Source of the DNA: Octopus vulgaris
Lineage: Eukaryota
Length of the DNA: 64,000 bases
Direction of reading: 5' to 3'
Assembly: GCA_951406725.2 (NCBI GenBank)
Contig: OX597818.1
Location: forward strand, 70,742,001 to 70,806,000
Shown here piece after piece: positions 40,363 through 54,405 of the stretch (within the stretch, counting starts at the first letter, position 1; each line of letters begins with the position of its first letter). Position numbers and translations under genes: made by a program. The notes below the pieces were generated by a model. It worked only from the letters and a program-made list of their open reading frames with translations, did not search any database and was not told the DNA's origin.

Positions 40363-40529
40363 ACATACATACATACATATATACATACATATGTACATAC
40401 ATACATACACACACTCATACTTACATACATACATATACACACAACAATATGCATATGTCTGTGTATACTTATTACTGTCCCCACATCCCCTTCTTGCATG
40501 CTCACTGTCCAACCCGTACCAAGCATAGA

Positions 40530-40706
40530 AGTTTTGTTCACATTGTCTTGAATTAATCAGGGATTATCTTGTAACTTTGAAATTTTAATGATGTGACTGT
40601 TTATGCTTAGAATGATATTGTTGGACAGGTGTGAGAAGTGAGATCTGACCAGTTTGAACATAAATAGTTGGACCGGATCTGACCAGTTTAAATACTAAAG
40701 TGTTAA
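40530..40706 (+). mobile_element. Partial piggyBac-type MITE (same family as 57965-58188)
   Basis: Shares GGTGTGAGA..GATCTG..CAGTTTGA.CATAAA with 57965-58188. Ends AAAGTGTTAA. Confidence 0.55.
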
Positions 40707-42871
40707 ATAACAACAACCACAATAAACAAAATTTTATTAAAGAAAGTCTGGGAGAGTTTTTGTATTTGATTGAACCTAAAGGGTGAAGAACATCAGAAGT
40801 AGTTAACCCTAATGGCTGAGGGTTCTTTTATCAGGGACTGAAAGAATAAAACTCGATTTGAGTCAACCCTTCAACTTATTCTTTCCTCTTTTTCATATTT
40901 TATTCTCTTGTTTGCCACTTTGGCTTCTCATTTTACTTAAATCATTAATCACTAAAATCATTTCAAATATATCATCATCAGTCATTTTATTATCTAACTT
41001 GTCAAACCTCAAAATATATGTCTTGAATCTTCCACCATTTTCCCCACTATTTATTATTTCTGTTGTTGTTGTTGCTGTTGATGTCGGGTGATGGGTGGGT
41101 GGGTAGGGGATTTTACTTTTAATAATATTTTTCATATTCTCTAACCAAGTAGGTTACACAGGGGGGTCATTGAAAATATATGTAATTTTGGAGAAAGATT
41201 TCCCAGTAAAAAGAACGTCTTCTCATAGATGCCACTGACTATTTTTACATCCAAGTATTTTCTGATAAGAACCAATTTAAAATTTATTTTGCAGTAAATT
41301 CCCATTTGATGGTTAGCATGGTAGCATATGACAGAAACTAAACATATTCTTTCAGTGAGTTTCAAGATTCAAAAATGATAACACACATTTTCATGGCTTG
41401 TAATCTTTATCTAACAAGTTGGTTTGGATAAATTAGTTGCCTGTGAACATCATGATAAATAACATACAAGCCTGTGTGTATGTGTGTGTGTGTGTGTGTG
41501 TAAGTACATACATACATATATGTGTATACATGTATACATACGCTTAGGCACACATATGTGCATGTGTGTTTGTGTATGTATATATGTGTGTGTGTATATA
41601 TAATGATATCTTAGTGCAATTGTAGAAAAAATACATAGTTGTGGAGTACTCAATACAAAACTAAGAGTATAGTAACTAAATAAATGGAAGCTGGCACAAA
41701 ATAACTTAGTGATATTTACCATCTTCAATCTTTCAATTGCATCAACAAAAGTGATTGGTAAGCAGGCGGATTTTCAATTTAGGTCAACAAAAAATGTAGG
41801 AAAATAAATATTGAAAAAATATTTATCAAAAAATAAAAAAATAAGGAAAGATATGAAAATCTATTTGTATAAAAAAAAAGTAAACAACATATGTAAATTA
41901 TAATGATATTAAAGGGACTGTTACTACTTTTGAAAGTTAGCATGGATGTCAAATGAAACGATAATAAAGTCTCCACATCTATGTGTTATTACATATTTAT
42001 TTGATAGAGGAAGTCCTACAAAATATAATAATTTGATAATGAAATCATTATTTTCCTGTCAGTCAACAACCATGGCTCCAACCTGCTAAAACAACCAAAC
42101 CTCACAAGCTAAAAGTAATTTGTTGTTGTACAGCAGAAATTCATCTGATTATTATTTTCAAGAAGTGATACATGACAGATATTGATCAATATTATTTTCA
42201 TACAGATCAATATAAAACTCAATAGGACAATCATATCATCAGGAGATGAAAAATAATCACCACAGCAATTAGTATTGTTTATATGAAGGAGAGCATTTTT
42301 AATGGCCATGGAGTCGTTATTTTTTAAAATTGTTCACTTTTATAATAACCAAAAACCTGAAGTTTAGTGTCCTCTATATGTATAGGAAAAAAAATCAAAA
42401 CTTTTCACTGTTAAAAAGAAAGAAACCCAAATTCCATTATTCTAAAAGTTGCCTTTTTAACATGCAAAACAATTCATAAATAGTATTTTGAATTTGGAGT
42501 TGCAAGAAATAGGAAAAAAAAAAGCAGTATTTTTTAACATTAATATTGAAATTAGAGATTTTATCAGTTCTTTATATGCTTTCAGTGAGGTATTATACAT
42601 TTCCTATTTCATCATAGAATACTCTTATCTGTTCAGTAAATGTTATCATAGAAACCTTGTGAATAATTACAAATTTACCTATTGAATATAATAAATAATT
42701 AAAGAATTCTTGAATATAAAATATTCTTTAGATAACTGCATAATATTTAATAAAATTAGTTAACAACAAAAATAATATTTACAATATATGTAGAGAGGCT
42801 CGTAAACACACACTCATAAATATGTGTGTGTGTACATACATATATATATGTGTGTGTGTATACACACACAT

Positions 42872-43250
42872 TATCATCATCAGTTTAATGTTCATTTTTT
42901 CCTGCTTGCATGAATATCAGATGGAATTGGTTGAGGCAGATTTTCTATGACTGGATGCCCTTCCTGTCACCAACACTCACCTGTTGCCAAGTAAAGTACG
43001 ATTTCCTTATGACTAGACATGTTTCCATGGAATCGTGGAAATGAAGGGCACTACTTGCATGAAGGTGACATTTGCTTACATCCACCATGTGATGTCAAGT
43101 CAAGGAAACACACACACATACCCATTTGTTTCATTTCTGTCAGTGAAATCCATTCACAAGGCTTTGGTTGCCATGGAGCTACAAAAGAAGATGCTTGCCT
43201 TTGGTGCCGTGGGACTAAACCTGATATCACGATTGGGAAGCAAACTCCTG
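42872..43250 (-). mobile_element. SINE family A with RTE-type tail (A2), degenerate
   Basis: (CAT)n..GTTTAATGTTC..CTGGATGCCCTTCCTG..AAATCCATTCACAAGGCTTTGG..GGGACTAAACC..TTGGGAAGCAA. Confidence 0.65.
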
Positions 43251-43440
43251 ACATTTTCTGCTGAAAATACAGTTGTGTTCTGATTTAATCCCTTTTTCTT
43301 GAAGTTTACCAATAATTGTACACCCGGCCCTTAAAGGTGATCTGGAACAATAAAGTTCCTAAATTCTTTTTAATAAATGTTTCCAGGCAATCATGGACTC
43401 ACCTTCAGGATGTGAAATGGTTTTGCTTCTCTGCTGACCA

Positions 43441-43830
<390 letters not shown>

Positions 43831-43973
43831 TTATGTGTGTATAAATGATGATGATGACGATGATATATATATATATACATACACTTTAAGGATAAAATTT
43901 TATTAAAAATTTTTATCAATGGCCACCATATGAAAAATACCTTTTAAAGTGAAAATTACAAATACAATTATAA

Positions 43974-44192
43974 ATAAGAGCAAAAAGAAAGAAATTTCTT
44001 TGTCAATATGCTGGAAAATAGATGCTAAACCCCCAATTTGGGGATGGCTACATTTTCATGAATTTCTAATTGCTTGCTTTCCTCGTTTCGCCACATGGTG
44101 TAATAATTAAGTGAAAATATTTTGTGTGGTTCGACGATTTAGCATCTTTTTTTCAGGATATTGGCAAAGAATTTTTTTCTTTTTGCTCTTAT
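43974..44192. mobile_element. MITE with ~56-bp terminal inverted repeats
   Basis: ATAAGAGCAAAAAGAAA..TTCTTTG.CAATAT.CTG.AAA..AGATGCTAAA (43974-44029) is mirrored at 44138-44192. TA-rich flanks. Confidence 0.8.
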
Positions 44193-44202
44193 ATATATCT
44201 TT

Positions 44203-44447
44203 TATCTTTTACTTGTTCCAGTCATTAGATTACGGCCATACTGGGGCATCACTTTGAAGAATTTTTAGCTGAATGAATCGACCCCAGTACTTACTCTATT
44301 GATCACTTTTGCTGAACTGTTAAGTTACAGGGACTTAAAAATACTAACACCCATTTTCAAATGGTTTCCATATACCAAATCTACTCACAAGGCTTTGGTC
44401 AGCCCAGGGCTATAGTAGAAAATACTTTTTACTACACAGCCATGCCT
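44203..44447 (-). mobile_element. SINE family A (A1 tail), internally deleted
   Basis: TCTTTTACTTGTT.CAGTCATT..ATCGACCCCAGTACTTA..CTCACAAGGCTTTGGTC..CACAGCCATGCC. Confidence 0.7.
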
Positions 44448-46426
44448 ATATATATATATATATATTCATTCATTTGTTTGCTTTATGTTTGCTTTTCTGT
44501 GCTGTCATGGGTTAGATAAATAAACATTACTGAAACATTGGTTTTTACAGCTGAAAACCCTGCCCTTCCTCTTCCTAAGCCTTGTTTCTTAATTAAAAAC
44601 ATTTCCAGTTCTCTCATCTTCAAAAGCAGGACACAGTTGAGTGATTTGTTGACAGGGACATGTCAATAATATCATCATCCATTGCTCAGCAATTTGCCAG
44701 AGGAGAGCAGAATATAAATGCTCATACATGCACATGCACACACACACACACGCACGCACACGCACACACACACACATACACACACACTCATGATGTCTGC
44801 CACCTTTACTTTCAAGGCATTGGTTGCCCCAGAACAATAGAAGAATTTACCCAAGGTGCCTCAGATTGGTACTGAACTCTAAACCATATGGTTGCAAAGT
44901 GAATGTTTTAACCACCCAATCATCATGGCTATACACCCTATTTCTCATCTATCTACAGTTTTATTATTCTGCTGCCCTCCCTTACCCCAACTCCTCTTAA
45001 TACTGCCAGTCATCACCTCCTCTTCCCTAATCCACTCTTATTTCTTTCACTAACAAACTAATATACACCATTGATCTTACCTCTACCCTTGTTCTCCATC
45101 TACTGCATTCACCTCTATCTTCATCTCTAACGATCTATTCCTCTCCTTTCATAATTTAATGAACCTACCCCTTCACCCAGCCAGCCTTTGTTCTCTGTCC
45201 TTTTTCACTTTTTATCCACCTTCTTGTATCTTGAGGGTATGCCTTGACCACATCATCTTCTGTACTTTCCCAGATGAAATAGCTATGTATCTCCTCTACC
45301 ATTTGATACCTGTACCAGTCCTTCTTTCATATATTAAGCCTCTCAACATCTAGCTCCCTCCCTCTCTGCTACAATGCCTCTCAGTCAAGGGGTTTTCTCT
45401 TATAATTTTCATGGTGACTTCACTCGTGCCAGTGCTATGCAGAACACACCCAGTATACTGTCTAAAGTGGTAGCACTTAGAAAGACTGTCATACCATGTA
45501 TATGGCTGCTGACTGTCTCCCATGCTGGTGGCACATAAAAAACATTATTTCTGGCAGACTGCGACTCCTTCATTGGTCAGTGCAGTGCTCTCTGTTTTTG
45601 GAAAGGCTGTAAAGAGAGCTGATGTGGGGAGTAAAATTAGGAGGGTAACCCTGCCAACCATTAATTTTGCTAATTAATGTTTCTGCTAGATTAACAAAGA
45701 TAATAATCAAGTCCAACATTACTAGACCAAATGAGGAATGTCATTGGGTTTGGAACAAACAGCTGGGATCAAACTAAAAGACATTGGATGAATCATAAGA
45801 GAATGTTCTAAGGGAACTCCAGACTGGACTGAGTATCATGGAATTTCTATCACTGACACTCATTTTAGTTTACCTAGAAAAGGTTATTTAAAAAATGGTA
45901 ATTCACAGAGAAGGGCAATTTTTTTTTAGCATAGTTAGGCTCAATCCTGACAGAACTGATTTATGATGAAAACCATTCCAACTGTGACCCACCTTGCTCT
46001 CTTTTTATGAGAAATATATAGGACTATGTTAATCTTTTCTTATTTAAAGTAAGACCTATAACCCAGAAATCTGGTAGAGGTCAGTGTTGCAAAACTTAAT
46101 TCATTAAAGTCCATAATTAAAAATAAATTACAATTAATTTTATTATCCTTGAGGATTGAAAAATTCACTGATTCACTTGTGCTTGGTGAGAAGGGAATAA
46201 TTTTATGGGACCAATTCCAGAGTTGTTAAGAAGCAGTATGATCATATTTATGAGGAATTATCTGATTTAAAGGAATTTTAGTAGCTATTTTTAGCAGGCT
46301 GACTAGCTTGGCTGCTTTCTATGGTATAGATGGGATTAAGTAGGGAAATAGCTAGGAGTGATGATTTATTAAAATGATTTGATGTGGGAAGAGAGAGAGA
46401 GAAAGGAGGAAAAGAGAGACAAGAAT

Positions 46427-46706
46427 TTAACTGTTGTCATAATTTTAATTAAAATACACAGCGTATATTTCAATTAATTTTGAAAATAATCAGGAATTTA
46501 GAGTTCTTCACTAAAATAATTAACTTTGTTTATTAATTAGTATATTAAGCTAATGATGTTTGCAACACAACTTAAAGGAATGCTTTTTGTAAAAGTTTAT
46601 GATTGCAAGTTTATATTTAAACATTGAACAGTTTAAACCAGGAGATTACACATAAATTTAACAGAATTAGCTGCGCTCTCAGGTGAACTGGCATCAAAAG
46701 GGTTAA
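46427..46706. mobile_element. Putative piggyBac-type MITE (second family)
   Basis: Bounded by TTAAC.. and ..CAAAAGGGTTAA. The internal TTTCAATTAATTTTGAAAATAA recurs near 10206 behind TTAACCTTTT. Confidence 0.45.
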
Positions 46707-48936
46707 ATGAAACAGATTTTAGTTATATTATGGAAATTTTACTTGAAAAATATTGTAATTTTATCTGGCATAAGTTCCCTGAAAAATTAATGCAACGAAT
46801 AGTTTTTAAGCAATGTGCCATTTGGTACCAGTAAACAGAAACATATTTCTCCTTAATATTTTTACCATAATTCTGTTTTGCCAAATGGTTCGGTCTGTGA
46901 AATAAGGAACTAGGTAGATGGATAGATATGTAGGTTTGATTGCTTTTTCAAAACTTTATTCTTGTTGTGATTTGGAGATTTTCTTGAAACAGCAACTTGG
47001 TGAGTGTAAGGCTTTTATAGAATATGATGAGTCCTAGCTAGTTGTTGGGTTTGTGTTCTTTGATTGGTTAATCAAAAATAAATGAACCAGCTGAGCCAAA
47101 TTATTTCAGTCAATTCCTAACAAAACGTTCAGGTAAAACAAAACATATTTTTGTCAGATTTACAACTAATACATTAAGAAGAATTATATTCTGTGTAATG
47201 GTAAGACAGATGCCCAACAGTTATTGATTAAATCTCTTCAACTCTCAGACTTCTTGCTTTGACCACTTCCTTCTAAGTTTCCTTTGAATCTGTTCGTTAT
47301 GTCCATGTATACTTCTTAATATCTTTATCTATTTACAACTTCCTACAGCTGGGCCAGTTTGCAAAGTCTCCTTAGGATAAATACAATAAAACATGTCTTT
47401 GGTAGGATCTGAACTATTCGTTCTTCAATTCATAAACTGATATGTTATCCCTTTAGCCAACTGCAATTCGTTGTGATAAATATAGCATCTTGTGAAAAAA
47501 TAAAGATCCACAGAATATTTCTAATGCGAAAACAGAAGAAAGAGGCACTGCTTAGATTTCAACAACCCTAACAGACAGGCATTTGCTGCTGAATGAAGCA
47601 GAAATTCCCTGGAACTATAGACTCTTGTATTAAATGCTGTTACCAATGTTACTTTATGGATTGTTAGTGAAGTTTATCAGCAGAAACCGTAAAGCATTCC
47701 ACAAAGGCATTACTGCATAAAGAAACAGTGTTTGATTAAATATATTACGACAGTATGTAGCGGGGGGGGGGGGGTCCCCTCCCCCACCCAGTTCAATGTA
47801 CACAGTTCACCCTTGGATTCCCTTGGCTTTATAGACCCCCCCCCCCATCCATCACTTCTGGGAGTTTAATTCTTTTTATGCTCTGTAACTGACAATTCAC
47901 TTTAGGTTGAGCTTTACCTTTCATCTATTTAAAGAACTTAGAGATGGGAGGTGAATACAAAAGGCACCAGTAATAAACTGAGGTCAAACCCCTTAGCAGT
48001 AATATCCCTACAAAACAGGTCAACTGAAAGAAATAAGTGAATTCCAACCGAAATTGTTTATTGTTTTTAGTTTCTTCATTCTACATTCAAAGCAAGTTTT
48101 TTACTCTACTTTTCATCTTGTTTGTATGTAAGAACTTTGGTTGCAGTAATATCCTGGGAACACTTTACTTGATAATATTGCTTTCAAGCAAAAACAAAAA
48201 CAAGGGAGTAAGTTATTTCCCTCAGTCCCTTGATCAAACAGCTGGTTCAACCATGACCATCCCATCTGTTTACAACTACATTATCCAATAAATCTTTTGT
48301 CTTGTTGGGATTGTAGAGTGTCATCTGAGGAAGATTTGGCTCTTATTTCCTGCAGATCAACTATGCACATAGAGGGTTCCTTCAGAATGATTTCCGTCTT
48401 GATTTACATCTTGCAGACAATAATCAGGCTTTCGAGTACCAGTAATATATTGGTATTTGGGCTAATCTAATCAGATTACAGCAGTATGCTAAACTAAATC
48501 TAAAAACTAAATATTTTACTTTCCTCACCTTCCATTTAAATCAATGTTGTATTTACTTTCCACTTGTTATTGTTGTTTGCAAATAAACAATAGAGCAGAT
48601 TGTGTCTGTTTGTGTACTCCAGCTATATTAGCCAATGTGACTTGTTTTATAAGACTATTATGTACTTCAGGAGTTAGTTAGCTGTTATTTCTAGCAAGTT
48701 GACATCAACTTAAGGATTCCCTCATTGGTGTTACTAGATTACTTCCCTAAATTTCACCCTACTCCATACTGACCTTAATAAACAAGCCCTGTGTCTGTGT
48801 GCTTGGTAACTTTGTGACCTGATCTGACATGACACTTTGGCTAGGTGCCTTGGAGCAAAGTCTTGGGCAAACCAATAACCTGTCAGTTGAAGTTGGTGCA
48901 AGGAATCTGAGTAAAAGCTTGCCATGTGTGTGCGTG

Positions 48937-48980
<44 letters not shown>

Positions 48981-49182
48981 TTTGTATGTGTGTAATTTGA
49001 TTATGACTATATTGTGCAAAAGTTTTTATCTGAAACCATATGACTTTTCCATGTCACTCTTATATTGCTATATTTAACACTATAACAATACAATAATATG
49101 TTGTGTGTGTGTATGTATATATATATATATATATGTATATGTACATACATATATACATACATATATGTTTATATGTTTAATT

Positions 49183-49685
49183 ATATGATCCAAATAAGAA
49201 GACAAAGAGTTTGTGACATCTTTAATGACCAGTTACAGTTGATTCTCTACCAACTGTGTTTTTAATACCAATTTATGTAAAAGTTCCATGTCAAAAGTTA
49301 CATAATAATTGCCGCTTTAAATGTCAGAGTGGCACTTCATCAGATTTGCATCAAAGGTGTGTTCTTATATTGTGCATCTGCTGTGCATCGTATTTCGTTT
49401 ATATCAGGAGGAAACAAGAAGTACAAATAGAAATAAAGACAAAAATAAAATTGTGAAATGACAGTTTCGTCCTACCATAAATAAAATACAATGCTTGGCA
49501 GACACTTAATGCGAAAACACACCTTTGATTCAAGGGTGACAAAGTGTCACTCTAATGTTTAAAACTGAATATTTCATAACTTTTCACATGGAACTTTTGT
49601 GTGAATTGGTATTAAAAACAGTTGCTACAGAAACAATTGTAACGAATTATTAAAGATAAACTATTTCTTCTCATTCAGATTATAT
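49183..49685. mobile_element. Fold-back element with ~225-bp inverted arms and ~48-bp loop
   Basis: 49183-49415 mirrors 49464-49685 (TTTTTAATACCAATT/AATTGGTATTAAAAA; AAAAGTTCCATGT/ACATGGAACTTTT; ATCAAAGGTGTGTT/AACACACCTTTGAT). Confidence 0.85.
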
Positions 49686-49943
49686 TTTACTCTTCACTAA
49701 ACACACACTTTGGTTTTACTGTTGTGACACCTGGATTTTCTTTCGCCTGAAGAATTTCAATCATATTTTAGTCTACAATTCAAGAGTGTAGATGGCCTAA
49801 ACCTTGGGTTGAGTTCTGCATTGAAGTACCCCATCTTTCTACCTTTCCAGGATCTTAAGATCTATATATATATATATATATATACACGTCTCAGGTTCCA
49901 CTTGAGCACTTCTAAGCAATCTATATATTTCATGAGAAAAATA

Positions 49944-49985
<42 letters not shown>

Positions 49986-50789
49986 GAGAGAGAGAGAGAA
50001 AGAAAGAGAGAGACACACATGTGCACACACATATACATATATACACTTAAGTGTGTGTGTATGTGTGTGCATGTTATTTTCCAGGATGTCAAATAGCTAT
50101 GAAGTGGTTCAAACTGTTATTGACAGAGGAGGGGAAGGGGAGAGTGTTTAACCCTTAAAATATTTTTTTTCAATTTCTGGGAGCACAGGAACTGAAATAT
50201 GTTTGAGACAAGATGGACAGTTGTTGGGTAGACTTATTCAACCTATGGTGGGGAGGGTAGCAGGAGGAGGAGGTGTTCAATGATGGTATTTCACTAGTAG
50301 TAGTCGTTGGTGTTGTTGTTGCTGGTATTCCACTAAAAGCAAAGAATGTATTACAAGTGGAAAACCAACAAATTAACCATACAAGTCACCTCTTCCAATA
50401 ACATTTATTGATTATTTTACAAATGGTTGACTCCTAACAATTCATAACTTTTTTATTATACTTACTTAGACACATAAATACAAATATACATAGATCCTTG
50501 CATACATGCACATATACATCATCACACACACACACACACACATACATATGTGCATGTATGTGTATGTGCATATGTATATTTGCGTGTGTGTACGTGTGTG
50601 TGTATATATATATAAGACTTTTTCTCATTTCTTAAGCTTGTTTTGTATTTTTTTTTTTTTGGTTTTCTTTTTCTGATAATGTTTTTCTTTCTTCAGAATC
50701 CCACTTCACCATTATCACCATATTTCATTCAGGAATATATTCTTGTATCGATTTCACAAAAAAAAAGAAAGAATATTTCTTCTCTCTCA

Positions 50790-50854
<65 letters not shown>

Positions 50855-51264
50855 CTCCTTTTCCATCCACCTGTTTATTTTTTTGTCTTGTCTTCCTTCT
50901 CTCTTTTACCTTTCTTTTCTACTCTCCTCTCACTTTCACTTCCTGCCTCTCTCTCCCCCTTCTCTCTTCCTTTCCTTACTTTTTCTCTCTCTCCCCACCC
51001 CTTTCTTACACAACTCCATCGCCACCCCACCACCACCACCACCACCATCTTACACTTCCATGAGAGGGTGAGTAGTCAACACAAAACGTGATGCATGGCT
51101 GCATGCCATGGAAAGATAAAATGTTGTAAACTTGGGGCTGGCCCCTTCATAGGTTTACCTTTGACTGTCATCCTATAAAATAAGATGTCAATCACGAACT
51201 AAAGTCGACGGCATCCACAAGCCTCATCCTATCAAAATTGTTGGTCTTCTGCTGAAATTATATA

Positions 51265-51650
51265 GGTGGCTGTGTGGTAAGAAGCTTGCTTCCCAACTGC
51301 ATGGTTCCATGTTCAGCCCCACTGCATGGCACCTTGGGCAGATGTCTTCTAGTACAGCCTCAAGCCAACCAAAGACTTGTAAGTGGATTTGGTAGATGGA
51401 AGCTGAAAGAAGACTGTCATATGTATATATGTGTGTGTATGTGTGCATCTGTATTTGACACCCCTCCACCATCGCATGACAATCAATGTTGGTGTGTTTA
51501 CATTCCCGTAACTTAGTGGTTGGGCAAAAGCAACTGACAGAATAAGTACTAGGCTTACAAAGAGTAAGTCCTAGGGTTGATTTGTTTGACTAAAGGTGGT
51601 GCTCCAGCATAGCTGCAGTTAAAAGACTGAAACAAGTAAAAGAATAAGAG
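51265..51650 (+). mobile_element. SINE family A, tail A1
   Basis: Full-length alignment with 54406-54815. Confidence 0.85.
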
Positions 51651-51664
51651 AAATATATATATAT

Positions 51665-52983
51665 AAAAATGGAGTTAAATGCAGGTGTTATTCAAATACT
51701 TCCGACACGTTTCAAAGATATCACTGGTATTATTCCAAAGGAATAAAATGGTGTAAAATAATGTAATCTCCTCTTCAGGGAAATGAAGAAATAAAATTCG
51801 TCAGTAAGACATTTTAAAAGTTTTTTTCTAAAAAGCGTTCGAGGATATGGCGTTAAAGGTAGCCTATAGAAAGAAGATGAATAAAGGAAAGGAAAGAAAA
51901 AACCAAATAACTGAGAAGTATATAACGATATGTAAATTAAATTAAATGCTAAAGAAAGATATATCTTGTGAATATGAAATGTAAGAAGAAAATTAATGTT
52001 TAAATTATATAGAATGATAGATATCACTTATATGAACTAAAGGTGTGTTTCTGCCAATGTTTACATCAGTATGCATGCTCTGTAACCATGTTTACAGGGG
52101 GATTTTTAGAAAAAAAGAATAAAAAGTAGTTCAGAATTTCAGAGAAAACAGAATTCCTTGCCTTTATCATAAGGGATCAAAATTGAGGGAATCAACCGAT
52201 CCAAATTAAATTGTTTATTATGGTCTTTTAGATACCAAATTAATTTACTAAGCCCTGTACTGTTACATTTATTCCTATCTCTAAATGTAGAGTAATGATT
52301 AGAAATTCTTTTAGATAACTGAGAAGATGAACTGCCTATCTAAAAAAATACATCATTACCTGAAGTAATTTTACACTGGTATATAGAATTTTTAATTTTA
52401 GAATTACTTGACATAAACTTGATTCTGTTTTAATTGACTTCAGATACAATAACCTTGTTATTAACATTTCTAGGGGGATGGATAGTATTAGCTAAATTAA
52501 TGTTAGCATTAGTAAATGTATTAATATTTAACAGGTTGTTATTATGTAAAAAGATAATTTGTAAGAGATTTTTTGTGTTGGAAAAACCATTCCTAACTGT
52601 GTGTGAGTTGATAATAGAGTAATACCTAGAATTCTTTGAAAAATTCCTAATAATAGCTTCATGAAACTGCTAAGAAAGATTAGATTTAATGTGCCTCCCA
52701 TAAGGAATAATTAACCAAATAGTTTTACTATTAGTTACCTTATTTTTAGTGTAACCATCTTTGAAAGATTTTTAGTGTAACCATCTTTAGAATGAAAAAA
52801 GGGGGGTTAAATAAGGGTTATCTCCCTTCCTCTGTTTGGTGTTGTCGTATAAATTAAAATTGATATGGTTTAAATCCTTGCAACTAGATTTCATGTCTCC
52901 ATTAGTAAAGGTAGAATAAGATTGAATGGAATTAATGAAGGTAACTTTCTCTGTATAATCTGCTTTAAGTAAGGCAGAATTAT
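51665..52983 (-). mobile_element. 5'-truncated Penelope-like element (linker, GIY-YIG endonuclease, 3' terminal repeat region)
   Basis: Minus-strand translation gives YNSALLKADY, WLIIPYG, IINSHTVRNGFSNTKNLLQIIFLHN and NSIYQCKI..F*IGSSSSQLSKRISNHYSTFR..NSTGLSKLIWYLKD..PYDKGKEFCFL*NSE..N..E..CKH. The stop lies near 52024. Confidence 0.85.
51698..51784 (-). ncRNA. Type-I minimal hammerhead ribozyme motif of the Penelope-like element
   Basis: The minus strand reads ATTTCC-CTGAAGA-GGAGAT..(inner hairpin TTATTCC-ttt-GGAATAA)..ATCTTT-GAAA-C-GT-G-TC^GGAAGT. The core is intact, the triplet is GUC, and the motif lies ~240 nt downstream of the endonuclease stop. Confidence 0.8.
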
Positions 52984-52994
52984 ATATATATATA

Positions 52995-53510
52995 TCTATA
53001 TATATAAAACTGTAGTTGTGTGAGTGTCTGTCTCCTACGATTTAGATTCCTAACTCCTCCCACATATTGCGGTGCAGTTTAACCAAATTCGGGTATCTTA
53101 TAGTCGTGATGAATATCGAGCCCGTCTGGCTATTAGCGCGCGTCTACGATGAGTCTACGATTTTAAAAATAATTTAACATAATTTTTTATTCCATTTTAA
53201 TGCATAATTTTTCGTGTGTCGATGGCGGCGGAGTTGGCATCCACGCTCAAACACCTGCACCTGTGTTTGCTTCTCCCCTTCTTCCCTCCCTCGTGAAGCT
53301 GTGGGAAAGGGAGTGTAAGGAAATCAACGTCGTAAAACGTTGTCAAGGAGACCAGCGTTCTTTTAGAACAACGACTTCATGGCTTGAAGACACCAAAACA
53401 GAAATGGCTAAGAAAGCCCGAATTGGCATCTATAAAGGAAGTAACTCTCTAAAAATGCTTATATAGTTATTTCCCTTACAAACCCGAGCAACGCCGGGCG
53501 ATACTGCTAG
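52995..53510 (+). mobile_element. Non-autonomous Helitron (516 bp)
   Basis: 5' TC (TCTATATATATAAAA), subterminal GC hairpin CCCGAGCAACGCCGGG (53483-53498) and 3' CTAG. Sits between A (52994) and T (53511). CpG-rich. Confidence 0.85.
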
Positions 53511-53996
53511 TAAGATATAATTTGAAATCAAATTTCAAATTACATTTTCAGTGAGTTCTCTTGGGATTCCCAAACAACAATATGACCTTCAAACAATTAA
53601 GGTATCCTTGGCCTGATGTGTAACTGGCTGAGTATCCCTTGTTGAGTAATTATTACATTAGAGGATTTGCTAGCTAAGGAAACATATATATAGCCTGGAT
53701 TTTACCAGTTCCACTTCCTCAATTTGGATTTTTATCTGCATTCGTAGCAACGTTGTTTGCTAAACATGAGCTCTACAAAAACTTTTTTCAGCTCATCAAA
53801 CTCAATTAGAGGAAAAGTCTTCTACCTTCAATGCCAATAATTTATTATTGTTCCTGAATGTTGTTTTTTATACCTACCATGGACTGCTCAAAGCTTACAA
53901 ACTTCCTACATTTAGATCCTTGGGTCTTACAATTACATATATGTATGTATGTATGTATGTATGCATGCATGCTTGCAATAAATATACATATGTACA

Positions 53997-54378
53997 GATG
54001 CAGGAGTGGCTGTATGGTACGTAGATTGTTTGCCAACCACATAGTCATGGGTTCAGTCCCACTGCATGGCACCTTAGGCACGTTTCTTCTACTATAGCCT
54101 CAGGCCAACCAAAGCCTTGTGAGTGGATTTGGTAGACGGAAGCTGGAAGAAGCCCGTCGTATATGTATATATGTATATATATGTGTGTGTGTTTGTGTAT
54201 ATGTTTGTGTGTCTGTGTTTGTCCCCCCAACATCACTTGACAACCGGTGCTGGTATATTTACGTCCCTGTAACTTAGAGGTTCAGCAAATGAAAGAATAA
54301 GCTCTGGGGTCGATTTTCTCAGCTAAAGGCAGTGCTCTAACATGGCCACAGTCAAATGACTGAAACAAGTAAAAGAAA
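53997..54378 (+). mobile_element. SINE family A, tail A1 (first of tandem pair)
   Basis: Aligns with the adjacent copy 54406-54815. Confidence 0.9.
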
Positions 54379-54405
54379 AAATATATATATAAATAAATAT
54401 ACATA

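Noticed and set aside
53511-53870. Continuation of the Penelope ORF beyond the Helitron
   Set aside because: No RT motifs were found in minus-strand translation. The PLE appears truncated at about 52983.
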